From the NCBI GenBank assembly GCA_029838215.1, contig JALGVI010000045.1, positions 1-29,208 on the forward strand: 29,208 nt of DNA, read 5' to 3'. The position numbers were made by a program, and so were the translations under genes. Shown in pieces: positions 8,105 to 17,732 of the stretch. How positions within the stretch are numbered: the first letter of the stretch is position 1; each line of letters starts with the position of its first letter. This DNA comes from Candidatus Helarchaeota archaeon (GTDB lineage Archaea > Asgardarchaeota > Lokiarchaeia > Helarchaeales > RDOG01). The notes under the pieces were generated by a model, which made no database searches, was not told the DNA's origin, and saw only the letters and a program-made list of their open reading frames with translations.

Positions 8105-8689
8105 CTATTTATCCAAAATTAGCATTGCCATTCGATTCAAAACTATTTTTAGTAGGGCATTTTGCCATTCTTGCGTTTCCCCACTTGGACAGATCGCAAG
8201 CAATTCTTTTTCATCTATTTTAAAATCAGCCATGATTTGTTTCTTTTTCGGTTCCGTTAATTCCAGCAGTGTTTCATCTTCTTCTGCTTTTAAAAAGAAT
8301 TGGATGTCCTTGATTTGTAGGGATATCATGCCATGATCATTCCCGATTACGACCAAACCCAGTTCCGTGAAATCTTCTTTAACTCCAAGTCTTGATTTTG
8401 CTACTTTTATTTGTCGTTGTCCTGACGCATGAAGAAGAAATTCCATTCCCAAATCCATTGAAATCATTTTTCCAAGCTCGTGAGAGCTTATTGCGTGAAG
8501 TGCAGCAAAAAAAACATGTTCCCAAGAAGCAATGCGTGAACAATTAAAACATTGAATGATGGATTTATTCTTCACGCCATCAAAAAAATCGAAAAGCTCG
8601 GGAATCGAAGGAAGAGTAATTGATTTGAACGCTGTTATACCGCAATATTGAAAAGGAAGCCTTGTATCTTCAAATTTCTTTAAATACAT
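8105..8689 (-). CDS. cgi121: KEOPS complex subunit Cgi121
   Basis: IQCFN...HVFFAALHAI...DLGMEFLLHASGQRQIKVA...GVK matches the Cgi121 signature (E....SG.RQI..A...G). Confidence 0.92.
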   Translation of the reverse strand: MYLKKFEDTRLPFQYCGITAFKSITLPSIPELFDFFDGVKNKSIIQCFNCSRIASWEHVFFAALHAISSHELGKMISMDLGMEFLLHASGQRQIKVAKSRLGVKEDFTELGLVVIGNDHGMISLQIKDIQFFLKAEEDETLLELTEPKKKQIMADFKIDEKELLAICPSGETQEWQNALLKIVLNRMAMLILDK

Positions 8690-8776
8690 GTTCTCAAGTC
8701 ACTCACAAGGAAGAATTTTTATCAGTTGTCTTTACAAGTACGTGTAAAAGAATATAAAATTTGGTGAATTTCTGAC

Positions 8777-9826
8777 GTGATCATTCATCATGGAGATGCT
8801 GACGGAATTGCTGCGGCAGGCTTGCTTTTATTGGCTCAAGATGTCGATGGTTTGAAATCGAAAGATGAAGAATTGGCAGAACTGAAATATGCGACAGTTG
8901 GATATATTAATAGGTTTCTTAAAAAAATATTGAATAAACCCCCAGAGCCGCTCTACATTTTAGATATCAATGCAGATGATAGCGAACGATTTGTATATCA
9001 ATTGAAAAAACTCGCTCATAAAGGATTTGAAATTTCATTAATAGATCATCACCCATTTGCGTATGATCAGGACTTATTAAGTTATAACATTAAGGTAATT
9101 CGAGATACTGAAATGTCGGCTGCAGAGCTGGTATATAAAACGTATATTTCTGCCATTCCTTCAAAAGATCGTGAAAAAGCAAGTTTTTTATTACTTTTAG
9201 GAGCTCTTGGTGATAAGAAAATAACGCCTTTTGTAGATAAAATCATGAAAGAAATGCGACAGGAAACCATTTTCGACGTGCATGCAGTGCTCATGGCAGG
9301 CAAGTTTGATTCTTCATTTTTACGAAGCCTTTTCTATGACAGAGATAAGAATGGCATAGGTTTTACAAAAAAAATATATGAAAAAGCCGTGGATAAGCGC
9401 TTCTTTCTGGAAAAAGTGAAAAAGTTCGTAATCAAGCATCATGTTTGGATCAAGTCGTTGAATGCCCGTATTGTGAATATTTATTCACCATATATCGGAC
9501 TTGCAGCAGGTTATTTAATCGACCAAGAGTGTGATTTTGCAATTGCAATAGGTGATGGGAAACCACCGTTAAGAATTATCGTCAAGGATTACTTGAAAAG
9601 GATTTTTAGCTTGGGTCTGAGCAAGGACTTCCGAATTTGGGAAAGACAGAAAAATGTCAGGATAAGCTTTCGCACGAAAAAACCAGTCAACGACCTCGTG
9701 AAAGAAATAGCAAAACAGTTCGATGGAACTGGAGGAGGTCATAAATACGCATGTGGGGCAAATATTCCAAAAGAAACTCTAGATGCATTTATTCGAAAAA
9801 TCTTAAAGGATTTCGCGAAGTTATAG
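8777..9826 (+). CDS. DHH/DHHA1 family phosphoesterase
   Basis: GTG start; HGDADG, ILDI, LIDHH, ALGD and C-terminal SFR...GGGHKYACG motifs. Confidence 0.9.
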   Translation: MIIHHGDADGIAAAGLLLLAQDVDGLKSKDEELAELKYATVGYINRFLKKILNKPPEPLYILDINADDSERFVYQLKKLAHKGFEISLIDHHPFAYDQDLLSYNIKVIRDTEMSAAELVYKTYISAIPSKDREKASFLLLLGALGDKKITPFVDKIMKEMRQETIFDVHAVLMAGKFDSSFLRSLFYDRDKNGIGFTKKIYEKAVDKRFFLEKVKKFVIKHHVWIKSLNARIVNIYSPYIGLAAGYLIDQECDFAIAIGDGKPPLRIIVKDYLKRIFSLGLSKDFRIWERQKNVRISFRTKKPVNDLVKEIAKQFDGTGGGHKYACGANIPKETLDAFIRKILKDFAKL

Positions 9827-10441
9827 ACCTAGTTTTTCCGCTACTAAAGATGGTAGAGAGCGATACGTGACTTGAAACGTGTCCATAATCTCTTGAAAGA
9901 ACGTAAAATGTTGCTTGAATTGATCCTCAATTTTGGAAATTTCTTTAACGTGGACTTCAATTTCAGCAGAATATCCAAAACCCTCTATCTTTTCTAACGC
10001 AATATTGAAGGGATTTTTTGAGTGAGGTATTCGAAATAACTGACCTTCTTCTTTATGTATTTTAAACCAGAATTCGAAGTCCCAATCTTTTAAAATGAGC
10101 TTTAATAGAGAAATATCACCTGTAATAATTTCCAATTTGCCATTGGGAAATATCGATTTCTTGAATGACATATCATCTTTGATGAATATTTCAACCTTTG
10201 AAAATAGTAATTTGGATTCCTTGAGAGGTTCATGCCACTCTCGAATTCGCATTGTTTTAGTTTCCAAGTCTTTCGGTGTCCATTTACTTTCAGGATTTCG
10301 TGGGCGATAACAATGATCGGTAAAACGATAACGCTCGCCCGGCAAGGCTTTTTTTGACATTAGAAAATGCTTGAATGCATTAATATCATTAATGAGAAAC
10401 CTAATTTCAGATTCAGCGCCTTCATCAGTAGCTCCTGACAT
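9821..10441 (-). CDS. CYTH-domain protein (class IV adenylate cyclase / triphosphate tunnel metalloenzyme)
   Basis: ESEIR (ExExK-like), FTDHCY, MRIRE, IALEKIEGFGYSAEIEV (consensus LD.VEGLG.F.EIE). Confidence 0.8.
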   Translation of the reverse strand: MSGATDEGAESEIRFLINDINAFKHFLMSKKALPGERYRFTDHCYRPRNPESKWTPKDLETKTMRIREWHEPLKESKLLFSKVEIFIKDDMSFKKSIFPNGKLEIITGDISLLKLILKDWDFEFWFKIHKEEGQLFRIPHSKNPFNIALEKIEGFGYSAEIEVHVKEISKIEDQFKQHFTFFQEIMDTFQVTYRSLPSLVAEKLGL

Positions 10442-10444
10442 GGT

Positions 10445-11449
10445 TCATTCCTCTTCTAGTGGTGAAATGGCAGATTTTAAATAATTTATAATGAAATTTT
10501 TAGCTTCAACAAGATTTTTCTTACCATTACATCCAGCAGCATTTTCATGACCACCTCCAGAGCCATCAATCAAAGGACCGAGTGGTTCCATTATGTCCCT
10601 TCCTAGATGAATTCCAGTTTCTTTTGAAAAAGAATACGTGCTTCTCGCACTAATTCTGACTTCGTTCTTTCGCTTTAAAAAAATAAAAACGGCATCAGCT
10701 CCTAAACCCAATAATGCACGGCAAGCACTCGCATCATAGGAACTAACTTGAGAAAAAACCACCGTTTTTCCATGAATTTGATGAATCTTCATTCGCTGTG
10801 CAGCTTTTAACCGGGCTAACTTTTCAGGACGATCCATGTCAAATTTCAATAACTCAACTATTTCTGCATAAGGTACCTTGAGCTTTAATAAAGCAGCGGC
10901 CACTTCAAAGGTATTTTCATTCGCCAAAAGAAAATGTCTGGAATCAGAAACCATTCCCACCAGTATTGCCTCAGCCACAACAAGATCTAAAGGAACGTCC
11001 AATTCTTCATACAATCGATAAACCAATTCGGAAGCAGAGGGCGATCCCGCATCAACAAATGACCATGAAGTGAGATCCTTTACCGCTTCAGATTGATGAT
11101 GATGGTCAATTAAATATACCAATCGGCTTGAATTCAGAAGATCGCGATGTTTTCCCAAGAGTTCGGGACTATTTAAATCAAAAAGCAACAAGCAATCTGG
11201 ATTAAAATCTTTCAGATCTTCTAAAAATGGAATTTTAAGTTTTTCAATTATCTTTTTTGAAACGAGCGATACTTCATCTCCGCAGATCTTGACTTCGATA
11301 TCAGGACAGATCTTTTTTATTAAAGAATAGAGAGCAAATCCTCCGCCTACGGCATCGGGATCTGCATTCTTGTGTAACATGATTGCAATTCGGTTACACC
11401 GATCTTCTTTAACCTGCTGTAAGAAATCCTTCATGATAATCAAGATCAA
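10445..11449 (-). CDS. DHH/DHHA1 family phosphoesterase (NrnA / oligoribonuclease-PAP phosphatase-like)
   Basis: HKNADPDAVG, LFD, LIDHH, SASEL, GMVSDS.HF, ISARS, GGGHENAAG. Confidence 0.92.
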   Translation of the reverse strand: MILIIMKDFLQQVKEDRCNRIAIMLHKNADPDAVGGGFALYSLIKKICPDIEVKICGDEVSLVSKKIIEKLKIPFLEDLKDFNPDCLLLFDLNSPELLGKHRDLLNSSRLVYLIDHHHQSEAVKDLTSWSFVDAGSPSASELVYRLYEELDVPLDLVVAEAILVGMVSDSRHFLLANENTFEVAAALLKLKVPYAEIVELLKFDMDRPEKLARLKAAQRMKIHQIHGKTVVFSQVSSYDASACRALLGLGADAVFIFLKRKNEVRISARSTYSFSKETGIHLGRDIMEPLGPLIDGSGGGHENAAGCNGKKNLVEAKNFIINYLKSAISPLEEE

Positions 11450-11476
11450 ATAGTTTAGCTGGTGCAGGGAGTGGGA

Positions 11477-11507
11477 TTTTCGAAGACCATATAGCTACAT
11501 GGTCACC
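11477..11507 (-). other. tRNA intron 3 (31 nt), non-canonical position 59/60
   Basis: BHB: outer GTGGG/CCCAC, central TTCG/CGAA, bulges AA|G and AA|T, intron hairpin GACCATGT-AGCT-ATATGGTC. Confidence 0.9.
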
Positions 11508-11538
11508 TTCGAACCCACGAACCTCTACAGGACTGGAT

Positions 11539-11576
11539 GTCCTATTTTATTCGCGAACTTAAGGCGTTCGCGCGAT
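11539..11576 (-). other. tRNA intron 2 (38 nt), canonical position 37/38
   Basis: Follows G37. Relaxed central helix CTCA/TAGG (one G-U, one mismatch); strong internal hairpin CGCGAAC-GCCTTAA-GTTCGCG. Confidence 0.88.
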
Positions 11577-11592
11577 CTTGAGTCCAGCGCCG

Positions 11593-11611
11593 GTGGTCTT
11601 CTTGAAAGAAT
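11593..11611 (-). other. tRNA intron 1 (19 nt), non-canonical position 21/22
   Basis: Strict BHB: outer GCC/GGC, central GGTC/GACC, bulges AA|A and AC|C, intron hairpin TTCT-TTCA-AGAA. Confidence 0.88.
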
Positions 11612-11773
11612 TTGACCGGCTTGGCTATCCCTGCTTGTTTTCGCTCCACCAGAATCAATCCTGCATGATTTAGATTATTTCATGCTTGACATGTTCCGGT
11701 TTCAATTTTTGTTCACGTTTGGTCAGTAAACTCATTAGAACAAAATACATATAAAAATTAATCTCACGGAGGA

Positions 11774-12910
11774 TCATAAATCGACTTCTTTTAATTGCTT
11801 GACTACGGCCTTCTGTTCATTCGTAAGTTTTCTAGGAATGTCAATAACGACTTGAACTATTTGATCTCCACGCCCAACATGTTCAGCATCATATCCCGGA
11901 ATGTTGCGAAGAATGGGAAATCCCTTTTTCTTCAATGTGAAAATATCACCTGAAGACGTGCCTTTTGGAATTTTTAACTTCTCTTTTTCGGCATTACCAA
12001 CGGCCCAATCCAAAGTTGGGACTTCAATTGTATCGCCCAGCAAAGCTTGGCTAATTTTAATGGGCATTTGAACGATTATATTGTGATCATTAACATGAAA
12101 AATGGAATGTTCACGGACATAGACTTCTACGTACAAATCACCCGGAGGTCCGCCCCGGACTCCTGCATCGCCTTCACCAGATAATTTGAATCGAAGTCCA
12201 GAATATGCTCCTTTTGGAACTCGAATGGTAACGGTTCTCTTGCGTGTAATTTTTCCCGAACCATTGCACTCCTTGCAGGGATCCTTTATTACAGAACCTT
12301 CACCATGACAACGTGAACAGGTAGAAATGACGATCGATTGTCCAAAAGCAGTTCTTCGAATATCACGTTTTTCACCAGTTCCGTTACATGAAGGACATGT
12401 TGTCGGTTCAGTCCCTTCCTTTGCTCCTGAGCCATTACATGATGGGCATTGCTCGGCGCGTGGTATCTCTATTTTTTTCGTGACTCCTGTAAAGGCCTCT
12501 TCCAAAGTCAATTCAATTTCATATCTTAGATTTCGTCCCTTTTGTGGACCTTTGCGGGTAGAACGCTGATGAGACCGTCTTCCAAAAATGCTACCGAATC
12601 CAGAAAAAATATCGCCAAATCCACCGAATCCGCCGCCACCACCAAAGATTTCACTAATTAGATCTGAGAAAAACCCCATTCCCCCAGAGTCGTAACGGCG
12701 GCGTTTTTGAGGATCAGATAAGATTTCATGAGCAAGATTAATTTCCTTGAATTTTTCTTCAGCATCATGACTTTTATTAATATCGGGATGATATTTTTTC
12801 ACGAGTTTTCTGTATGCCCGCTTGATATCATCCTGTGAAGGGTTGTCTTCCTTTCTTAAACCAAGTATCTTGTATAAATCCTTTTGATAGATATCATGCG
12901 GGACTGACAT
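11774..12910 (-). CDS. dnaJ: Chaperone DnaJ (Hsp40, class A)
   Basis: J domain with HPD, G/F-rich linker, four CxxCxGxG repeats (CPSCNGSG, CPSCNGTG, CSRCHGEG, CKECNGSG). Confidence 0.98.
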   Translation of the reverse strand: MSVPHDIYQKDLYKILGLRKEDNPSQDDIKRAYRKLVKKYHPDINKSHDAEEKFKEINLAHEILSDPQKRRRYDSGGMGFFSDLISEIFGGGGGFGGFGDIFSGFGSIFGRRSHQRSTRKGPQKGRNLRYEIELTLEEAFTGVTKKIEIPRAEQCPSCNGSGAKEGTEPTTCPSCNGTGEKRDIRRTAFGQSIVISTCSRCHGEGSVIKDPCKECNGSGKITRKRTVTIRVPKGAYSGLRFKLSGEGDAGVRGGPPGDLYVEVYVREHSIFHVNDHNIIVQMPIKISQALLGDTIEVPTLDWAVGNAEKEKLKIPKGTSSGDIFTLKKKGFPILRNIPGYDAEHVGRGDQIVQVVIDIPRKLTNEQKAVVKQLKEVDL

Positions 12911-12924
12911 TTCGTTACAACACC

Positions 12925-12934
12925 AAAAAAAAAA
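12925..12934 (-). terminator. Oligo-T (T10) tract between dnaK and dnaJ; possible partial terminator
   Basis: Ten consecutive A on the + strand, 8 bp after the dnaK stop and directly before the GGTG RBS of dnaJ. Confidence 0.4.
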
Positions 12935-12942
12935 GTAATAAA

Positions 12943-14814
12943 TTATTTGTCTATTTCATATTCAACGTCTACCGCGTCGTCATCTGTCGGTTCGGAACTA
13001 GGAGGGCTTGGTCCCGGACCAGCCTGAGAAGCCTGTTGATATGCTTGTTGAGCTGCCTGTTGTGCTGCCACGTCTTGATAGATTTTTTGTGAAAGCACGT
13101 GTAAATGACTCTCAAGATTTTGCATTTCCTGCTTGATTTTTTCAACATCATCAGATTCCAAGACTTTCTTCAGTTCTTCGATGCCTTTTTCCAGTTTTTC
13201 CTTCAAGTCCTTGTCAATTTTAGCTTCGTGTTCCTTCATGAGTTTTTCAGTAGAATATACCATTTGCTCTGCTTGATTTCTTGTTTCAACTTTCTCTTTT
13301 ATCATTTTATCCTGTTCTGCGTATTCTTCGGCTTCCTTGATCTTCTTATGAATTTCATCCTCAGAAAGTTTAGTAGATGCTGTAATTGTTATAGCCTGGC
13401 TTTTACCCGTACCGAGATCTTTTGCAGATACATTTAGAATGCCGTTTCTATCGATGTCGAAAGAGACTTCAATCTGTGGCACGCCTCTGGGTGCAGGTGG
13501 AATGCCAACAAGGTGAAATTTTCCGAGCGTGACATTATCTTTTGCCATTGGTCTTTCGCCTTGTAGAACGTGAATCTCTACTGCTGGCTGATTATCTGCT
13601 GCAGTAGAAAAGATCTGGCTTTTCTTCGTTGGAATCGTGGTATTTCGTTCAATGAGCTTGGTAAAAACACCTCCAAGTGTTTCCACACCCAAGGATAATG
13701 GTGTAACGTCAAGAAGAACCAATTCATCAGTTTCTCCTGCTAATACCCCTGCTTGAATGGCAGCACCCATTGCCACGCACTCCATTGGATCGATACCGCG
13801 TTCAGCTTCTCTTCCAAAGAAATCAGCAAATTTCTTACGCACGCAAGGCATCCTAGTTGGACCTCCAACCAAAATGATATTATCTACTTTTGAAGCAGGA
13901 ATGCCTGAATCGTTTAAAGCCCGTCTTATAGGAGCATCAAGACGATCGAGAACGGGTTCAATGATTTGTTCCATTTTGGCTCTGGAGAGCGTCATTGTCA
14001 AATGTTTGGGACCAGTTTCGTCTGCTGTTATGTAAGGCAGATTAATAGAAGTTTCTAACGTTGTAGATAATTCGATTTTTGCTTTTTCGGCGGCTTCTCG
14101 CACGCGCTGCATTGCCATGGAATCTTTTGTAAGGTCTATCCCTTGATCTTTTTTGAATTCTTCCACGATCCAATCAATGATCCGCCTGTCCATGTCAGTA
14201 CCACCCAGGGCAGTATCTCCAGCGGTAGATTTTACTTGGAAGACACCTTCACCCATTTCCATTATGGTAACGTCAAACGTTCCACCACCCAAGTCTAAAA
14301 CGCAAATCGTGAGTTCCTTCTCTAATTTATCTAGGCCATAAGCAATCGAAGCCGCAGTAGGTTCGTTGATCAAGCGTACTACTTCAAGACCCGCAATTCG
14401 TCCTGCATCTTTTGTTGCTTGGCGCTGATTATCATTAAAATAAGCTGGCACCGTGATAACTGCTTTTTCTACTTTTTCACCCAAGAATGCTTCAGCATCG
14501 TTTTTTATCTTGGACAGAATCATTGCTGAAATATCTTGAGGCGTGTATTCTTTATCATCAATTTTAACCTTGTAATTTGTTCCCATTTTCCGCTTGATCG
14601 CCATTATCGTACGATCGGGATTGGATACTGCTTGTCTTCGTGCAGGTTCACCTACCAATCTCTGACCATCTTTCGTAAATGCAACAACTGATGGAAATGC
14701 CTTTCCACCGATTGAAACACCTTCCGCACTAGGTATGATAGTGGGTTTACCACCAATAAATGCGGCAGCCGCAGAGTTGGAAGTACCTAAGTCGATTCCT
14801 ATTATTTTGGACAT
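12943..14814 (-). CDS. dnaK: Chaperone DnaK (Hsp70)
   Basis: [48 protein letters not shown]-terminal DDAVDVEYE. Confidence 0.99.
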   Translation of the reverse strand: MSKIIGIDLGTSNSAAAAFIGGKPTIIPSAEGVSIGGKAFPSVVAFTKDGQRLVGEPARRQAVSNPDRTIMAIKRKMGTNYKVKIDDKEYTPQDISAMILSKIKNDAEAFLGEKVEKAVITVPAYFNDNQRQATKDAGRIAGLEVVRLINEPTAASIAYGLDKLEKELTICVLDLGGGTFDVTIMEMGEGVFQVKSTAGDTALGGTDMDRRIIDWIVEEFKKDQGIDLTKDSMAMQRVREAAEKAKIELSTTLETSINLPYITADETGPKHLTMTLSRAKMEQIIEPVLDRLDAPIRRALNDSGIPASKVDNIILVGGPTRMPCVRKKFADFFGREAERGIDPMECVAMGAAIQAGVLAGETDELVLLDVTPLSLGVETLGGVFTKLIERNTTIPTKKSQIFSTAADNQPAVEIHVLQGERPMAKDNVTLGKFHLVGIPPAPRGVPQIEVSFDIDRNGILNVSAKDLGTGKSQAITITASTKLSEDEIHKKIKEAEEYAEQDKMIKEKVETRNQAEQMVYSTEKLMKEHEAKIDKDLKEKLEKGIEELKKVLESDDVEKIKQEMQNLESHLHVLSQKIYQDVAAQQAAQQAYQQASQAGPGPSPPSSEPTDDDAVDVEYEIDK

Positions 14815-14820
14815 AAGATT

Positions 14821-15453
14821 TCACTCCTTTTTCTTAGCTTTAGCAATTTTTATTAAACTTGGTCTTAAGACCTTGTCTTTTAAATAATAACCTTTTTTAA
14901 AGACTTCTAAAACAGTTCCCTCTTCAGCTTCATCAGTTTCTTCACTCAACATAACTTCATGAAGATTAACATCAAAAGGCTTACCAAGAGCGTCAATAGA
15001 CTTGACATTTTCAGTTTCGAGTAATTTTTGAAGCTGTTTAAACAATAAATCATAAGCCTCTTGTGCTGACGACTTATCTTGAGCATTGCTGATTGTAGAT
15101 AAAGCGCGTTCAAAATCATCCACGAAATCCAACACTTTCAAGAGTAAGTCTTTTTTAGCATAATTATAAAAATCTTGTTTTTCACGTTCTAATATCTTTT
15201 TAAAATTCTCATAATCAGCTCTAACATATAAGAGCTTATCTTCTGCTTCCTTTTTATCCTTCTTTGCTTGCTCTAATTCTTCTTTTAATTGGTTAAGTTC
15301 TGATTGGCTGATTTCAACGATAGGGTCTTCTTCAACTTCCACTTGAACTTCTTTATCCATTCCATTCTCTTCTGTTAAGGAGACATCAACGATTTCTTCA
15401 TCCGCTTGATCATTTACACCAGTATCTTGATACTCTTTCTCCTTTGGTTCCAA
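14821..15453 (-). CDS. grpE: Nucleotide exchange factor GrpE
   Basis: RADYENFKK, GKPFDVNLHEV, KGYYLKDKVLRPSLIKI; TTG start with GGTGA RBS. Confidence 0.97.
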   Translation of the reverse strand: MEPKEKEYQDTGVNDQADEEIVDVSLTEENGMDKEVQVEVEEDPIVEISQSELNQLKEELEQAKKDKKEAEDKLLYVRADYENFKKILEREKQDFYNYAKKDLLLKVLDFVDDFERALSTISNAQDKSSAQEAYDLLFKQLQKLLETENVKSIDALGKPFDVNLHEVMLSEETDEAEEGTVLEVFKKGYYLKDKVLRPSLIKIAKAKKKE

Positions 15454-15477
15454 TTAACTTCACCCATTCAAGCTAAT

Positions 15478-16011
15478 TCAATCCACGGCTTTAGGAACGC
15501 GAACTTCTAAAATCCCGTTTTTTAACTTGGCCTTGCTTTGCTTTGGAATCACATCTGTCGGAAATGGAATATTTTTTTGGAATTTTTTTCCCGCTCGAAC
15601 GCGGAGCTCTTTTTTGGTACATTTTAGGTTGATTTCTTCTTTTTCCACGCCAGGTACCTCAACAATTACCAACAATTCATCCCCTTGATCCATTATATCA
15701 ACGAGGGGTTCTCTAACAAAACTACCAGGATCTTGTTCGACGACCTGACCCGGTTTCTCAATGCGATTAAATATCGGCTTCCCATCAGGACCAATACCAA
15801 CGGAGAAGCCCATTATAAATGGATTGGGAGCGTCTCCAGAACCAAATCCGGGAAAATTCCCCGTAAAACCGAAATCCTTAAACTTTTCCTGTAATTCTTC
15901 GGGGTCTAAGCTACCCACCATATTTTGCATGAATTCTTGCAGTTCTGCAAGGAAATCTTCAAATGTTTTCTTTTTCTTATCTTCGTCTCGTTCTTCTTCA
16001 TCACTGGTCAA
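15478..16011 (-). CDS. hsp20: Archaeal small heat-shock protein (Hsp20)
   Basis: GFSVGIGPDGKP, REPLVDI, VEVPGVEKEEI, AKLKNGILEV. The TTG at 16011 sits 5 nt after GGTGA; the track start at 16023 is probably too long. Confidence 0.93.
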   Translation of the reverse strand: MTSDEEERDEDKKKKTFEDFLAELQEFMQNMVGSLDPEELQEKFKDFGFTGNFPGFGSGDAPNPFIMGFSVGIGPDGKPIFNRIEKPGQVVEQDPGSFVREPLVDIMDQGDELLVIVEVPGVEKEEINLKCTKKELRVRAGKKFQKNIPFPTDVIPKQSKAKLKNGILEVRVPKAVD

Positions 16012-16040
16012 GCATTTCACCAATAATGTAAGTGTTTTTT

Positions 16041-16058
16041 ATTGGATTTAAATCCAAT
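16041..16058. promoter_or_regulatory. Perfect 18-bp palindrome ATTGGATTTAAATCCAAT upstream of hsp20
   Basis: Self-complementary. Its centre TTTAAA is TATA-like and lies about 35-40 bp upstream of the hsp20 start, just after T-rich tracts that follow the thermosome stop. Confidence 0.5.
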
Positions 16059-16087
16059 TTTAAAAAAATATAAAAAATGGAGGCGTT

Positions 16088-17722
16088 TTAATCCTCATCC
16101 ATTCCAGGACCGGCACCAGGAGGTGCACCACCAGGACCTTCCGTCTTGCTGGATGCTATGACATCATCAATTCGCAAGATTAGCTGTGCAGACTCGCTCG
16201 CAGATCGAATGGCTTGCTTCTTCACGACAACGGCTTCGTAGATTTTAAGGTCAGCCATATTAGAAACTTTGCCTTCATTTACATTAACCCCAACATCAAC
16301 TTCACCTTTTGCATGTTTGGCTCTAAGGTCGACCAACATGTCAATGGTATCCATTCCTGCATTTTCTGCAAGCGTGATGGGGATGATTTCCATGGAATCT
16401 GCAAATGCATTTACTGCAAGCTGTTCACGACCACCTAGACTTTCAGCATACTCTCGCAAGCCTTTTGCAACTTCTATCTCAGAAGCACCTCCACCTGTAA
16501 CGATCTTTGGCTCTTGGACAGCATTTCGGACCACACATAATGCGTCGTGCATTGCCCGATCCACTTCGTCAACGATCATTTTAGTTCCACCGCGAATCAT
16601 GATACTTATGGCTTGAGGATTCTTGCATCCTTCAACAAAAATCATGTTGTCATTACCGATCTTACGTTCCTCAACGAGTCCTGCGCTTCCAAGTGCATCA
16701 TCCGAAATGTCGTCCAAATTTGTTATCACGCGACCACCCGTGGCACGAGCAAGTTTTTCCATGTCGGATTTTTTGATCCGTCGTGCTGCAAGAATTCCTG
16801 CCTTAGCCAAGAAGTGCTGGACCATGTCATCAATACCCTTTTGGCAAAGAACCACGTTTGCTCCCGCATTCTTGATCTTTTCGACCATTTTTTTGAGCAT
16901 ATTTTCCTCTTCTTGGAGGAAGGCTTCCATCATGTCCACTTGCGTGATGTTAATCTTGGTATCGAATTCCGTTTTTTCAATTTCTAAAGCAGTTTCAAGC
17001 AAGGCAATCTTTGCATCATGCATTGTTTTAGGCATGCCGGAATGCACGACTTCCTTGTCAAGTATGAGACCGTTAATGATCGTGGTGTCTTCAATGCTTT
17101 CACCTTCTTTCTTGATAATGCTAATGTTGTCAAGATCTGCTACCCATTGACCATCTTTTTTCTCCGCAATGGATTTAATTGCCTTGACGGTAATATCAGA
17201 AAGCGGATTAGATGATGTTCCAACGACCTTGCTTTCCATGGAGGTTATTGCAATATTTTTGAGCATATCCACGTCATCAATGCTAATTTCTTTAGCAATT
17301 TTATCCAAGATCTCGATTGCTTTTTTCGTTGCCTTTCGATAACCTTCGACAATGATTGTTGGATGAATTTTTTGTTCAATGAGATTTTCTGCACTCTTTA
17401 ATAATTCACCTGCAAGTACAACGGCAGTAGTCGTTCCGTCTCCTACTTCATCGTCCTGAGTTTTTGCGATTTCGACCATCATTTTGGCAGCTGGTTGAGC
17501 AACATCAATTTCCTTCAAAATTGTTGCGCCATCGTTTGTAATCGTGACATCACCAAAACTGTCAACAAGCATCTTATCAAGACCTTTCGGACCGAGAGAA
17601 GTTCTGACGGCTTCAGCAATGACTTTTGCAGCAGTGATATTAACGGATTGAGCATCCTGACCGCGGGTTCGTTCAGACCCTTCTTTTAAAATTAAAACTG
17701 GTTGTCCACTTAATTGCATCAT
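16088..17722 (-). CDS. Thermosome (group II chaperonin) subunit, second paralog
   Basis: [39 protein letters not shown]; GAGGTGA RBS. Confidence 0.98.
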   Translation of the reverse strand: MMQLSGQPVLILKEGSERTRGQDAQSVNITAAKVIAEAVRTSLGPKGLDKMLVDSFGDVTITNDGATILKEIDVAQPAAKMMVEIAKTQDDEVGDGTTTAVVLAGELLKSAENLIEQKIHPTIIVEGYRKATKKAIEILDKIAKEISIDDVDMLKNIAITSMESKVVGTSSNPLSDITVKAIKSIAEKKDGQWVADLDNISIIKKEGESIEDTTIINGLILDKEVVHSGMPKTMHDAKIALLETALEIEKTEFDTKINITQVDMMEAFLQEEENMLKKMVEKIKNAGANVVLCQKGIDDMVQHFLAKAGILAARRIKKSDMEKLARATGGRVITNLDDISDDALGSAGLVEERKIGNDNMIFVEGCKNPQAISIMIRGGTKMIVDEVDRAMHDALCVVRNAVQEPKIVTGGGASEIEVAKGLREYAESLGGREQLAVNAFADSMEIIPITLAENAGMDTIDMLVDLRAKHAKGEVDVGVNVNEGKVSNMADLKIYEAVVVKKQAIRSASESAQLILRIDDVIASSKTEGPGGAPPGAGPGMDED

Positions 17723-17732
17723 TATTCACCTC

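Larger units (their letters stand above)
11460..11634 (-). tRNA. tRNA-Leu(CAA) with three introns; CCA encoded; 87-nt mature form
   Basis: Spliced: GCAGGGATAGCCAAGCCGGTCAA|CGGCGCTGGACTCAAG|ATCCAGTCCTGTAGAGGTTCGTGGGTTCGAA|TCCCACTCCCTGCACCA. It has a 7-bp acceptor stem GCAGGGA/TCCCTGC, anticodon stem CTGGA/TCCAG, long variable arm CCT-GTAG-AGG, T stem GTGGG/CCCAC and discriminator A73. Confidence 0.95.

Noticed and set aside
7583-11634. Link between the Tan1-like THUMP gene and ac4C12 on the nearby tRNA-Leu
   Set aside because: Known ac4C sites need a CCG context; this tRNA has C11-C12-A13.
11635-11773. GCATGA/TCATGC stem between dnaJ and the tRNA as a possible small RNA
   Set aside because: Only a 6-bp stem; no C/D or H/ACA boxes or other support.
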